DNA from: Octopus bimaculoides
Lineage: Eukaryota
NCBI RefSeq assembly: GCF_001194135.2
Contig: NC_068982.1
Location: forward strand, 118,979,438-119,043,437
Length of the DNA: 64,000 nucleotides
Reading direction: 5' to 3'
In this document: positions 28,177-41,544 of the stretch, piece after piece
Layout: every line of letters begins with the position of its first letter
Position numbering within the stretch: the stretch's first letter is position 1
The notes under the pieces: generated by a model
Databases searched by the model: none
What the model was told of the DNA's origin: nothing
The model's input: the letters and a program-made list of their open reading frames with translations, nothing else
Translations under genes and position numbers: made by a program

Positions 28177-28846
28177 GCGATTATCGGGTACGTATTTTGA
28201 GATTAAGTGCCTTGGGTGTCCAATTATTTTTGGTCTACGATCAAGTTGCAAGGATATTTACTTGTGGCAACTAGAGTTGATTTCACAATTCTATGATTGA
28301 AGGATGGTGTATGTGGCGTGCTCAGTCGAGCAGATATACGCTCATCAAGCCATTAAACTGGAGAGAAGAAGTGTTATCAACACCACCGTCCTGCTAACAA
28401 TGAAACTGCTTTTGTTTATCTGGTTTATCTGTTTTGGAATTGCTTTTGTTTATCTGGTATTATATACGTTCTTGTCTTACAAGAAAATGTATACCGTAAA
28501 ATATACAGAAAATTGTTTCCAAAACGAAATTTATCGATTGCTATGTTTCTAAACTCATCATGCACCATATAAATCTACAAAAGGTCAACAATGGACATGG
28601 ATCACACTCTCAACAATATATAAGCAAACATTCAATAAACAGAACATCAAACAAAACTTGCTTCAAAATTCAGTGCTTTAGTTTTATCAAAAGATAAATA
28701 TACAAATATATAAAGAACTCTGTATATTCAACGTTTTAATTATATAACAACATCATTATATACAGTATATTTGACAACAGGGCAATGCGGGAACCACTGG
28801 TAAATGTTATTTGACCAGATATTTGTACTTATATATACATATGTAA

Positions 28847-28885
<39 letters not shown>

Positions 28886-30128
28886 TGTATGTATGTGTGT
28901 ATGTATGTATAAATACATACATACATACATACAAACATACATACATGCATGCATATATGATTTGTTACTTTCAGATGTTTGCATTTTCCTTGCAGAATTC
29001 ATTTTGATCTCTAACAAACCATAGCGTAAGCCTCTTCCCCCACAGTTATTTTGTGAATGAAGTGATTTCCTTTGATATATGTGGAGGTTAGTATGCGCAC
29101 ATATACCGATGTACTCATGTAATATATTTTCAAGCCTCCTCATTACCGTTGTCTGTGTTTTTACATATGTATGTGTCCCACAGTTACATATCACGTTTGC
29201 GTGTGTTCACTCCATGGAAATCAATTGCTGTATTCCTGGAAAATTTTACGCAACACTATTCTAACACCAATCGATTCTATATGGAAAATGTAAGCCGTTA
29301 TCATTATTTCTTTCGTGGAAAACCCGAAGCATTTCGGTGATTTTATGAACGTGTGTTGTTGCTGCTCTTCTTTTGTCCAATTGTAGAAGAAACATTCGCA
29401 TTTTCTACGCTGCAGACCTCAAAGAGAATCCATAAGATTTTGTTCCCTTTTCCACTGAACCACTTCTGATTGCAGAAAATTGCTACAGATATTGGAAAAT
29501 TTTGTCAATCTTCTAAAGTTTTCTTTTGGTGGTAGAGATGTACATAAAATGTGATTCTGTGAATGAATGAGAGTGGGACTATGTATATTTGTATAAACCA
29601 GATATAAACCAGATATTTGCTTATATATTTTCCCGCAATCAATGACTAAAATCTGTATACATGACTAAATATGATTACAGAAATATATATTGACAGGTAC
29701 AGTGTAGTAAGTTCAGTAATGCGATTTCCAAATCAAGAAGCTAATAAAGGATTCACCTCAAGGGATATAAGTCGAAAACTGTTGCTTATAAATTTGAATA
29801 TCAATATGTTATAATATATATTAGTAATTATACACACACACGCACACATACATACACACACACACATACACCCACCAAACGCACATATGTATAATATTGC
29901 AAGAGTAATACTTGACGTTAAAATGTATAATATATAAAACCAGGCATAAACTCGTGTGAATGTGCATTGCAAGTGTATGTTATTTAGATATATACACATT
30001 TCAAAAATGTATTTCTATACATATAACTTTTATATATGTGCCTGTACATGAACATGAAGTATATATATCCGTGTGTGTGTGTGTGTACATATATATGTGT
30101 GTGTATGTATATATATATTTGTATATGC

Positions 30129-30163
<35 letters not shown>

Positions 30164-30314
30164 CAGATGTATTAGTTTAATGCTCCGGAAATGAGAAAGT
30201 CTTTTACGTTTCGAGCCTACCCTCTTCGACAGAAAGGAACGCAGAAATAAACAGGGAGACCAAATAGAAATAGGCTAGCGACATATATGTATACATACAT
30301 ACATACATACATAC

Positions 30315-30352
<38 letters not shown>

Positions 30353-30389
30353 CGTGTGTGTGTGTGTATGTGTCTGTGTCTATGTTTGT

Positions 30390-30432
<43 letters not shown>

Positions 30433-30581
30433 ACTACGCGTTGGAGCAGTGTGATGGCCATAAACCTTGTCAAACTTGCGATGAACTACAGAAAACTGAG
30501 CAACTTCTTGTCAGGCGGCAATTTTGCAACGCTACTCTAACGACGAATGGCGAGCAATGGGAAAGGGAATGATACACTTAC

Positions 30582-30640
30582 GAAAACTGCAAAGTCTAAG
30601 GTGTCAAATGCTAATAGGCTGAGGTCTCTCTGAATGATAC
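30582..30640 (-). CDS. Candidate internal coding exon of an unidentified host gene (xIIQRDLSLLAFDTLDFAVF)
   Basis: Strong acceptor (cacttccatttttcag) and consensus donor (TTC|gtaagt) bound a 59-nt exon with exactly one open frame. No homology was recognised. Confidence 0.35.
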
Positions 30641-30679
30641 CTGAAAAATGGAAGTGTATAGTGACTTATAGTACTCCCG

Positions 30680-30721
<42 letters not shown>

Positions 30722-31038
30722 NNNNNNNNNNNNNNNNNNNNNNNNNNNNNNNNNNNNNNNNNNNNNNNNNNNNNNNNNNNNNNNNNNNNNNNNNNNNNNN
30801 NNNNNNNNNNNNNNNNNNNNNNNNNNNNNNNNNNNNNNNNNNNNNNNNNNNNNNNNNNNNNNNNNNNNNNNNNNNNNNNNNNNNNNNNNNNNNNNNNNNN
30901 NNNNNNNNNNNNNNNNNNNNNNNNNNNNNNNNNNNNNNNNNNNNNNNNNNNNNNNNNNNNNNNNNNNNNNNNNNNNNNNNNNNNNNNNNNNNNNNNNNNN
31001 NNNNNNNNNNNNNNNNNNNNNNNNNNNNNNNNNNNNNN

Positions 31039-32356
31039 CGTATATAACCGATGAAATCGACCTCCATTCATCCTGAATGACGTCTTTCAACTGTGTTACA
31101 TTGCGGGGTTTTTTCTCCTCAACCTTCCTTTTCAAAACACCCCACATATGTTCTATTGGGTTTAAATCATGTGACATGGTAGTCAAGGCAATACCTTTAA
31201 CATTTAACTGATAGAAACTTAATCGTCATCTTTGAAATGTGTTTAGGATTATTATCATGCTGGATGATGGAATGTCTTCCTAGTTCCTTGATGCTTTGCA
31301 ACATTGTTTTCTGTAATATGACACAATAAAGCCTTGATTCCATTTTTCTCTCTCAATAAATGCGAGTCGTTCCGTACCATCCACACTCGTGCATCCCCCA
31401 AACATAACAATTACGCCGTCATATTTCACGGTGGATTTGTCGCTATTAGCTTCACCTGTTTGTCACCATACTCTTTTAATACCATCTGACCCAAACAAGC
31501 TGATTTTAGTCCCGTCAGCAAAAATAATGTTATTCTAAAACTCCTTCCACATATTCACATAAGGAAAAAGGATGACGATTTGATTTATACGTGGTAGTGA
31601 GGAGGGGCTTCCTACGAGGAATGCGTCCATGAAAATTACACTGGTTTAAACTTCGGTGAACTGTTTGGGCGGATACACTCTTTCCACTAACAGAATACAT
31701 TTCTTGGGGCACAGACGAAGTGGTACAAGGACTGTCGTCCATCATGAAACGTTGGATGCGGCAAATATCACGCACAGTAAAAATAGAAGGACGACTTGGA
31801 CGATGTTTAGTGCTTAGCCATCCAGTAGCTTTGTACTTCTAAATTACATTGGCAACTATGTCTACGCTAATATTTATTCGTTTGCTAATTAACTTGTATC
31901 CTAAACCATTCTCGTGCAAATTTAAAATAATTTTCTTCAAATCATCAGATAATTCTTTTTCTTTTTGTGCCATTTTAATCGCAATGAAGTGGATTTTCAT
32001 CATGGTACACAAATCAGAATTTCTGCATATGCAATAACAATGACGGGTGCAAAAATGCCAGGAGAAATAATTTATTAGAATTGAAATTATCATCAATATC
32101 TGAATTTAGTAAAATAAAATTGGTATAAAATATTAAATAGAGCAAATTTCCATTAGTGTGTACATATTTGTGTAACGTTTGAAAATTATTATTTCGTTTA
32201 TATCTTTGAAAATGTTTTGTGTTCCAAATTTGTATGATGTTTGCATGTATAAAATATTTTGTTTAGTATAAATTTCATTTGCTTTCCCTCGATATTATCA
32301 GAGTAATTGTAATTTTACTGAATTTTTAAGGGTGTACATACTTCTGAGAGATACTA
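31039..32356 (-). mobile_element. Tc1-like DNA transposon (IR/DR type), degenerate, 3' end in gap
   Basis: Left TIR (T)AGTATCTCTCAGAAGTATGTACACCC is flanked by TA at 32357-58. The ORF from ATG 31973 (MAQKEKELSDDLKKIILNLHENGLGYKLISKR, paired-like HTH) continues through GRIPRRKPLL, IIFADGTKISLFGSDG, QHDNNPKH and DLNPIEHMWGVLKRKV, with stops and frameshifts. Confidence 0.9.
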
Positions 32357-32512
32357 TATGTGTGTGTGTGTGAGTTATATGAGAGGTTTTGGTATCCAGA
32401 AGACCCAAAAGGCAGGTAAGGCTTTGTAAGTGCTACAAGACTACTGTTAGACTCCTGGTTCGATAATAGTATGAGTGAGGAGTCTAACGCTAGTCGTGTG
32501 TTACCGTGTATA

Positions 32513-33069
32513 TGTTAAATAGAATGAGGCAGCAAAACCAAGGCATTGTGAAATTTCTAGGACAGAGAAAGTTTGTCTTACAGCTGATTCAGGTATATAA
32601 AAGATATCCCATCATCAGATACGCTATGAGAGAGTTAACTAGAAGGAAATAGTAGACTTCAGTGCAGGTATTAATTCTGTTTGATGTTCAATCGAAGGGA
32701 CCTTGCAGTGTAAATGAAATTGTGTGATAGCAAAATATGAACTCTTATCGGAATTTACATACCATGGACAAGACACGTTTTTACCCATACGATACAGCAC
32801 ATTCCTCGGATAATGGAAAGTAACTTTAATATCCAACATACATTTTTATTATTCTTCTTATTTTCCTATTTCCCTTTATACTTCCTATATCTCTCCGTTT
32901 CCAAAATAACTTCTTATATTGAAATCTACTGGTTTCTTCTAGTTAACTCTTTCATATCGTCTCTGATGTTGGGATATCTTTTATATCCCTGAAACAGATG
33001 TAAAAGTACCTTTTTCTTTATAACTGTCCTAAAAACTTCCCTGCCTTGGTTTTGCTATTTCATCCTATT

Positions 33070-33074
<5 letters not shown>
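32513..33074. mobile_element. MITE/foldback element with ~150-bp imperfect terminal inverted repeats
   Basis: 32513-32660 (tgttaaatagaatgaggcagcaaaaccaaggca...gatatcccatcatcaga...gagttaactagaagga) is the imperfect reverse complement of 32920-33074. The ~260-bp spacer is non-coding. Confidence 0.75.
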
Positions 33075-33138
<64 letters not shown>

Positions 33139-33265
33139 TACAAACATACATATATATATATATACACATACATATATGTATGCATATATATATATACATA
33201 TATAAACTTAGTGTTAATAAATGTGTGTGCGACCATTACTAATAAAGAAAAAATGCCAATCAAAA

Positions 33266-34200
33266 TGCCAATCAACCAGAGTGGTAATACTCAGTTTCGC
33301 ACCTTTAATGATATGACTGAAATACGCAGAGAATCGGCTCTCAAGCAAACAAAACTACATAGAGTGGACATACGAATGTAAAACAATCTAAGACGATAGA
33401 CACAGATGAAACGAGCAAAATACTTTCTTGCAGTCAGAAAGTCAGGTGTGGTGCGTAACGCTTGGAAGAAAACCTGAATGATATACACAACAGTAAATAG
33501 CAAGTCACAAGAAGTTTTTGAGCGACCGAACTGTTGGGAAGTCAGTGAGAAAGAAAGAATGAAAAAAACTGGCCACGGGTCACTTGTCAGCAGCAGGCAG
33601 AGGAGAAAGGGAGAGAGTGCAACAGAGAGAAGGTAGAGAGAAAATAAGGGAAGAAAGGAAGGTGGAATGGAGAAATGCTAGAAATACAAGTGAGGGGAAG
33701 AGAAAGGAAAAAGGAAAGTGGACAGGCTAGAAATAGATGTAACACAGTGAGAGAGAAAAGGAGAAAGAGTAGAGTCACAGAGTATATACGTAGATTTATT
33801 GTTAATAAACGTCTTGTGTGTTTTGTAAATAAACAACTACAAGTAAAAACGTATACGTATACGACACAAAGGGCCCCTAATTCTTGATCAGTTATCAACC
33901 AGAAAGGTAATACTCAGTTTCGCACCTTTAATAAGACTGAAGGGCATCCCATCTTCACGGTGCCTACAGAAGACGCAGAGAATCGGTCTTCAAGGAAATA
34001 AAACGACACAGAGTGGACATATGAAAGAACAAATGCAATTTAAGACGATGGACAAAGATAAAATGAGCGAAATACAACCTTGTGGCCAAAAGAAAGGATT
34101 CTGAAGGATATAAACAACAGTAAACAGCATAACAAAGAAAGATGTTTGTGACCGAACCGCCAGGCAGCCAATGAGAAAGAGAATGAAGAAAAACTGGTCA
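33266..34200. repeat. Two diverged ~310-bp direct repeats (33266-33575, 33885-34200) around a purine-rich spacer
   Basis: Shared blocks include atcaaccaga..ggtaatactcagtttcgcacctttaat, acgcagagaatcgg, agagtggacata, acaacagtaaa, gaccgaac and aaaactgg.ca. Confidence 0.75.
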
Positions 34201-35246
34201 TATATATACATGTATGTGTATATATATGATCATACATACATACATACATACATACATACATACATACATACATACATAGAAATATGCAATTTTTATGCTT
34301 CCACATATATTTGTTCTGAAATAATAATGTATTGTTTTATTTTTAATTTAGTTTCCATATATCACATCGCATTGAATTATTTTGTTTCGAAAGTTTCGAC
34401 TGGTTTTCTGCTTCCAGAACATAGCTCTTACGAAATTAGCAACTTGGAGTACTGCTAAAACCGTACTACCTGATGCGATGTGTGTGTGTGTTGGTATGTT
34501 TGTATGTATGTCTACGTGTGTGTGTGTCTGTGAGCGCGCGGTTGCGTGTGTAAGTGTAGTTGTATGTTGGTGTGTGTGGCTGTGTATGATTTTGCGTGTG
34601 TGCGTGCATGTCAATGTATTTGTATGTATGTATGTATGCATGTATGTATGTATGTATACTCGCAATTTGAATTCTGCATTATTCGACCTAATATATGGTC
34701 CTGCAACGGCTTTCAGGCGAATGTATATGACCTGGGTTAATTTGATTTTCTGTTACTGAACCAGATGACAATAGTTTGTTATTTTCATGAAAGTTAGCAG
34801 TTTCTGAAATTGTCTATTAGCTTGTGTTACGAAGTAGCGTGTATGTATATATGTACGTACATGTCTGCGTTTTTCTGTGTGTATGCAATTATATTATGTG
34901 TGCGCGTGAGTCAACGCGCGTGTGTATGTTTCTAAAACCTTGCAACATCAAACATTAATTTTTACAAGCGTGCAAGCGCACACATTCACACACGCACACA
35001 CGGATATATATATATATATATATATATATGTNNNNNNNNNNNNNNNNNNNNNNNNNNNNNNNNNNNNNNNNNNNNNNNNNNNNNNNNNNNNNNNNNNNNN
35101 NNNNNNNNNNNNNNNNNNNNNNNNNNNNNNNNNNNNNNNNNNNNNNNNNNNNNNNNNNNNNNNNNNNNNNNNNNNNNNNNNNNNNNNNNNNNNNNNATAT
35201 ATTCATGTAGATAGATAGATAGAAATATTATGCATATATATATATA

Positions 35247-35900
35247 CAAGGCGTTTTCAGAAAGTATCCGATTTTATTTATTCCTGCCAGAATTAATGCT
35301 GTGTGAGGAGTATCCTTTGGATGAGTGATGACATTACCTTTACTGCGCATGCGTGGAAATTTTGGCGCCTGCAGACTGGGTCTGTTACTGTCTGTTATGC
35401 ATAGAGTACAGATGTGCGTGCTCGTCGGACTTTCTTTTCTATCGAACACATCAAGCAGTGATATTACATGAAGTTTTGCCCAAAACTTGCTGATACTTAA
35501 TCTCATACCAGCGAGAAAACTTAGCAGGCTGTCGACGATGATGCCATTGGAAAAATCTTAGATCAAGGAGTGGTAAACCGCTTCAAATATGGCCACACCA
35601 CCGAGTAGATGCTCAGATATGCTATCCACAAACTGAAACGAAGAGCCGATTGAGAAGGTTCGGCGAATGGAAAACCCTCGTGTAGCAAAGCAGGAAATTG
35701 CTCACGAAGTGGGAATAATCACAGAATTAGTGTATTCTATTTTAACGGAGGATTTGTGCATGCAGAGAGTATCACCGAAATTCGTCCCGAAGGAACAGCA
35801 GGAAGTAACTTCACGTGGATATCGCTCAAAGATATGTAAGACTATGCAAACCACGACCCAGAATTCCCGAAGACCACCATCACTGGTAACGAGACATACC
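35247..35900 (+). mobile_element. Mariner-like element, 5' half (TIR plus N-terminal transposase remnant)
   Basis: TA followed by CAAGGCGTTTTCAGAAAGTATCCGA (mariner-type TIR). Translation DDAIGK/IKEW*NRFKYG...MENPRVAKQEIAHEVGIITELVYSILTEDLCMQRVSPKFVPK...ITGNETY corresponds to the HTH, WVP-like and TGDETW blocks. No right TIR was found. Confidence 0.8.
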
Positions 35901-36044
35901 TTATGATCTCCGCTCGTTGCCTTCGGTTAGCTTGAGGGAATTGCGCTCAATACACGTCTGTACAATAGACATGACAGCCATAATCTAATGCGGTCCACTG
36001 CTATATATATATTTATATGAGTCAAGCGTGAAGAATCAGTACAG

Positions 36045-36150
36045 GATCGGAATGAATGCTTAGCTGTATTTCTTCTGTTTACATTTAGATTTGAATCCCG
36101 CCACGGTCAACTTTGCCTTTCATCAGTCCTTGGGCAGTAAAATAAAGTAC
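36045..36150 (+). mobile_element. SINE fragment (family of 62104-62544)
   Basis: aatgcttagctgtatttcttctg...aatcccgccacggtcaactttgcctttcatc matches the family head and central block. Confidence 0.65.
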
Positions 36151-37521
36151 GAGTCAAGTTAACGTATTTAGGGCGATTCTTGGTCGGATGTGACGGAATG
36201 GCAAATGTCCAGAAAATCTGAAGAAGTTCAATGAACGAAGCATAGTGATAATAATAAAGAGATTTGAGAATAGAAAATTTAGTCCTAATGCATGGCTGTA
36301 AAAAAGATAATACATGGTAGAGGGGAAATGGTGGAGAAAGAAGAACCGTCATAAAAGGAAGAATGAATAGAAACGGAGGTAAGAGTGGTAGAATTGGACT
36401 AAGAACAAAGTATTTACAAGAGTGTGCGGGTGCGCGGGTGTGAATGTCCTGTTTAAAGAGGGAGTGCCAAGGAGGCCAGTTGGAAGAAGTAATGAAATGT
36501 GCGTGTAAAAGTGAGAAGTGTAAGGGGGCGGCAGATGGATAGGCTGGGAGTAGCGTGTGTATGCGTGCGGGTGTGGAATAATTTGTGATGGGAGTAGTAA
36601 TATGTAGTAGAAAGACGATATAACAGGACATCCATGTGTCAACATGATGGTCTATGCGAGAAAGTACGTGAGAGTACTGTTTACATGTAGTTGTGTTAAG
36701 ATGACAAGATAGTAAAGTTGTGTGTGTGAGAAAATATGATACATGCTAGAGGGGAATTGTGTGTGTCTGTGTGTGTGTGTGTGAATGTATATGTGTGTGT
36801 GGAAGTGTATGTACGTGAATGTATATGTGTGTGAATGTGTGGGTCCGGTTCGTAGTGTGGAGTGTTTATGAGGAAAATCACACGAGATCAAGTCGTTTTG
36901 AGAATTACTCATATATATTGATGTAATATACAGTGAAATATATGAAAATCTAACATTTTTATTATCATATATCATTTTTATTGCTATTATTAAAAAATAT
37001 ATTGCCAAAATAACAATTATTATTATTATTGATATTATTAATATCAAAATTACTCTTATGCTGAAAAGACATTCATTTTCTAATTACTGCTACGATGTGT
37101 ACGACAAATCGACAAACAAATTCACACACTGAGAATTCGGCAAATGTTACCAAGTAGCATTGAACTAACATCATAGTAAAGACTAAGTTCCAATCAATAT
37201 CTTGCATCAACAGATCAATTCATATCAACTGTCCGCTTTGTCGAAAATTTTTGCAACTAAATTCTACTATTTAGAACGCTATATATTCACGATTATCGTC
37301 ATCATTAAAGCTAAATTGAGAGATTGCCAGTCTATCAGTCTATGATCTAATAACGTTCACTCTATAAAGGAAACACAATTATTAGGAAAAAAAGAAGCAT
37401 ACACACACACACACATACATACACACAGAGACACTGACACAACAGGCGCGCACACCCACATTCGCACACACATACACGCAAACACACACACTCGTGTGTG
37501 TTTGCGTGTGTGTGTATGTTT

Positions 37522-37557
<36 letters not shown>

Positions 37558-37836
37558 TGCAGTCTTTTAGTTCAGATTCTGTTCTGAAAGGAAAAATTCC
37601 TATACAGTTAAATGGTATCGATGGCAAATTTCGTTTTCTAAACGAAAATAAGATTTCTTCAGTAAATAGTAATTATATTGCCGCTATTAGTTTCCACCAA
37701 ACTCAAGCGGCTAACCTTTATCTTTCACTGAGATAAATGTATATTTATATATACATTATGTGTATGTGTGTGTGTGTGTGATGCACATATGTGCATGTAT
37801 ACATACATACATGCATGTATATATATATGTATATAT

Positions 37837-37875
<39 letters not shown>

Positions 37876-38579
37876 ATGCATATATATGTATATATGTATG
37901 TGTGTGTATGCATTTATATGTTGATGTGTGTGCATGTTTAACAGTTGAGTGGATTAGTATAATCCAAGCGATCACCGAATCAGCGCTTCATGCAGAAACC
38001 TGGATATCATAGTGATCGAACAAAAGAAGGAAAATTAGTTACATTAGTTATAAAGGAGCAATTCGCCTGTCCAAGATAAGTATATCCAGTAGACATGTTA
38101 CATTCCACTCACAATTGAATAATAATTACTTTAATTGGGCAAAAGGCACGTGAAATGAATGGTTTGTAGGAATCCTAGAAAGAACTCGATTTATTTCAAA
38201 TTTCATACGATGTTATGCAATTCAAGCAATAAGTGCAATAAAATTAATGTTCACCTACTTCTTCACACATTTTAATTTGAATCACAGTCACCTTATGAAG
38301 CAAACCGGCAAAAAAGGTTCAGTGAAATATTTCCTTCGTTTCAAAATATGTTCCCATCGGCAGTCACTGAGAGAGTTATCGCGTTTCGAGCTGTTTATGG
38401 TATTTAATAACAGATTTTATTTTAAGTGTCATTCAAATTGTCTAACGAGTAGTATTGTCTCTGTCACGTGAAATTTTATCATATGCAGATAGGGATTCAA
38501 ATTAAAATATCTGAAGAGTAAATGAACTCTAAATTTATTGCATTTCTTTCGTGAAGTTTACATAACGTTTACAGCTAAT

Positions 38580-39420
38580 AAAAACCTTGAAGATGCCATG
38601 CACCCGGCAATATGAGTTAGATGAAATATGCAAGTGGGCTGACGACAATATAAGCAGTTCAATGCTGCAAATTTTCAGGTCCTTCGCTATAAATGCAGTG
38701 CAGACAAAATATACTGGATCTGGAGGAACTGCATTACCAAAATCACAATCTGTGTGTGACCTCAGCATTGGCATTAGCACTGGTGCATATTTTCCATGTG
38801 TATATTACAAAATTGGTAATAGCATGCAGGTGGGTGACCAGATGAATTCTTAGAATTCCCAAATAGCAGGAAAACATGATCATCCTCTGGAAGATAATTG
38901 TCCTAAGTCGTCTTGAAAATAGCTCCGAACTGTGATCACCACACAGAGAAAAAGCAATAGTAGAACTAGAAGCAGTCCAGTGAAGCTACACAAAGACAGC
39001 CTGACTTCAGAAATATAGCTTCTGGGAAAGACACAAAAGATTTACAAATTACTCCCTGGAACTAAGGAGGAAAAGATATGCTGCAATATACATTTAGAAG
39101 GTCCTGGATGGACTTGTTCGAAACTTTGGCGTTGAAAGTTATACAGCACCACAACCGGGTGCCATTGCATAGAGCCTAAAATATCCGCTAACTGTCAAGA
39201 TACAAGACTGGTTATTGCTATAGCTTGAGATTCAAGGACTCACAGATCTCCAATTTCCTCCGGAAGTAGCTGAGAGGCCTACATGCTGTGGATGTAGAGG
39301 TCTGAAAAACTAAACTGGATCTCCTATCGTCAAAATATCCTAGATGAGCCAATTTCACGGCAGGAAGCGTTTATAAAGGTTACCACATCAAATTCTCTTA
39401 TTCACCAAATGCCCACTATT
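38580..39420 (+). mobile_element. CR1/Jockey-group LINE, 3' part of ORF2 (degenerate)
   Basis: Translations ELDEICKWADDN, YTGSGGTALPKSQSVCDL, LWKIIVLSRLENSSELWSP-like, ELEAVQ*SYTK, YSLELRRKRYAAIYI*KVLDGLV and ILDEPISRQE follow the typical post-RT order of this LINE group. Confidence 0.8.
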
Positions 39421-41544
39421 AAAAGAAGGGTTAATTAAGATGTGGAAATACTATTTGTCAGTGCCACAGCATAGCTATCGTATTTGAGATGAAATCACAC
39501 CGGAAATGTAGGAGGAAGATTGAGAAACAGAGAGAACACTCCAAACGTACTCTACGTACAATTCTTGTGTTTGCTCTGTATGCGTGTGCGATTTAGGGTT
39601 GTATGTGCACAACCTTCAGCAATGTAACCGGTGATTTATTTTCCTTCTTTGGACTTTTACCTTTCTGATTTCCAACAAAGGACTATGCCCGTAACGTCAA
39701 ACTTTCCTTTCACTGAGATTCAAGCTAAGGCATTTCTTGTACACGTCCTTTTGTCCGTGGAGTTTATTTGTTTATTTGAATTACAATGTAATACAATATA
39801 TGTGTAATATAATATAATATAGTATGTGATATAGTATAATACATATATATGTGTGTATCTATACGTACATGTATATGTATATATATATATATATNNNNNN
39901 NNNNNNNNNNNNNNNNNNNNNNNNNNNNNNNNNNNNNNNNNNNNNNNNNNNNNNNNNNNNNNNNNNNNNNNNNNNNNNNNNNNNNNNNNNNNNNNNNNNN
40001 NNNNNNNNNNNNNNNNNNNNNNNNNNNNNNNNNNNNNNNNNNNNNNNNNNNNNNNNNNNNNNNNNNNNNNNNNNNNNNNNNNNNNNNNNNNNNNNNNNNN
40101 NNNNNNNNNNNNNNNNNNNNNNNNNNNNNNNNNNNNNNNNNNNNNNNNNNNNNNNNNNNNNNNNNNNNNNNNNNNNNNNNNNNNNNNNNNNNNNNNNNNN
40201 NNNNNNNNNNNNNNNNNNNNNNNNNNNNNNNNNNNNNNNNNNNNNNNNNNNNNNNNNNNNNNNNNNNNNNNNNNNNNNNNNNNNNNNNNNNNNNNNNNNN
40301 NNNNNNNNNNNNNNNNNNNNNNNNNNNNNNNNNNNNNNNNNNNNNNNNNNNNNNNNNNNNNNNNNNNNNNNNNNNNNNNNNNNNNNNNNNNNNNNNNNNN
40401 NNNNNNTATATATATATATATATATATATGTCTATCTGAACGTATGCAAGTATGTATACATATGTGTTTGAGTGAGTCTGTGTTTTAGTCTGTGAATGTT
40501 TGAGTGTAAATTTATAGCGTACAAAAAACAAAAGCAAATCGTACTAGAAAATTTTAGATAATTCAGTTTCTTTCTTATCTCTAATCCTCTCTCTTCTTTG
40601 TGTTTCTATTCAGGTGTTACACAAACAGATCTTGATGGCATAACATCGGTAGATATAAGGATTAAGAATACATCACTGTTCATATACGTATTGGCTGTTT
40701 ATACTTTTGCTTTAGTTGGCATCATACCTTTATCGGGAATATATTTCATATAAACAAAATGACTAGTGTGTTTTTATCTTATTGATTGTTTAGTGAAATT
40801 CCTGTTGGTAAAGCTTTATTTTAATGACGATTATAACATGAAGATCTATGTTAATCTGATGAAGACGATGTGATTGTTTGTTGTTACGCTTCAATGTTTC
40901 AATAGAAACACTTTAAGGCGAAAACAAATCGTACTACATTATATTCATAAACGTCACCACCAACTCACAGAATATAATTAACTTACATACATACACATAA
41001 TTATATATACATATGTATATGCGTGTGTACATACACACACACATACACATACACTCACATTTATTTTNNNNNNNNNNNNNNNNNNNNNNNNNNNNNNNNN
41101 NNNNNNNNNNNNNNNNNNNNNNNNNNNNNNNNNNNNNNNNNNNNNNNNNNNNNNNNNNNNNNNNNNNNNNNNNNNNNNNNNNNNNNNNNNNNNNNNNNNN
41201 NNNNNNNNNNNNNNNNNNNNNNNNNNNNNNNNNNNNNNNNNNNNNNNNNNNNNNNNNNNNNNNNNNNNNNNNNNNNNNNNNNNNNNNNNNNNNNNNNNNN
41301 NNNNNNNNNNNNNNNNNNNNNNNNNNNNNNNNNNNNNNNNNNNNNNNNNNNNNNNNNNNNNNNNNNNNNNNNNNNNNNNNNNNNNNNNNNNNNNNNNNGC
41401 ACTTTAACCTCTATTTCTCCCAGACATCAGTGCGAACGTCAGTATAAAGCAGAGGAAATGCAAAATTAGGAAAAAAATTCTCTCAAAATTCGAGCCGTAA
41501 AGGACCTTTGATAATTAAACAAACAGAACACCATCCCTTTGAGG

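Noticed and set aside
32446-32494. 11-bp perfect hairpin followed by CTAGT (Helitron-like 3' end)
   Set aside because: CTAG is only 1 nt from the stem, the stem is not GC-rich, and no matching 5' TC end was found.
33905-33975. Minus-strand GCACC...GGTGC-GAAAC-TGA-GTA hammerhead-like fold
   Set aside because: The CUGANGA core is missing (CTGTAG) and no stem I can form.
34391-34420. Minus-strand ctggaagcagaaaaccagtcGAAACT motif
   Set aside because: Core and stem II are too degenerate to distinguish from chance.
40614-40648. Plus-strand mini-exon (xVTQTDLDGITS) after a strong polypyrimidine acceptor
   Set aside because: The donor is mediocre, the peptide is too short to recognise, and there is no supporting neighbour exon.
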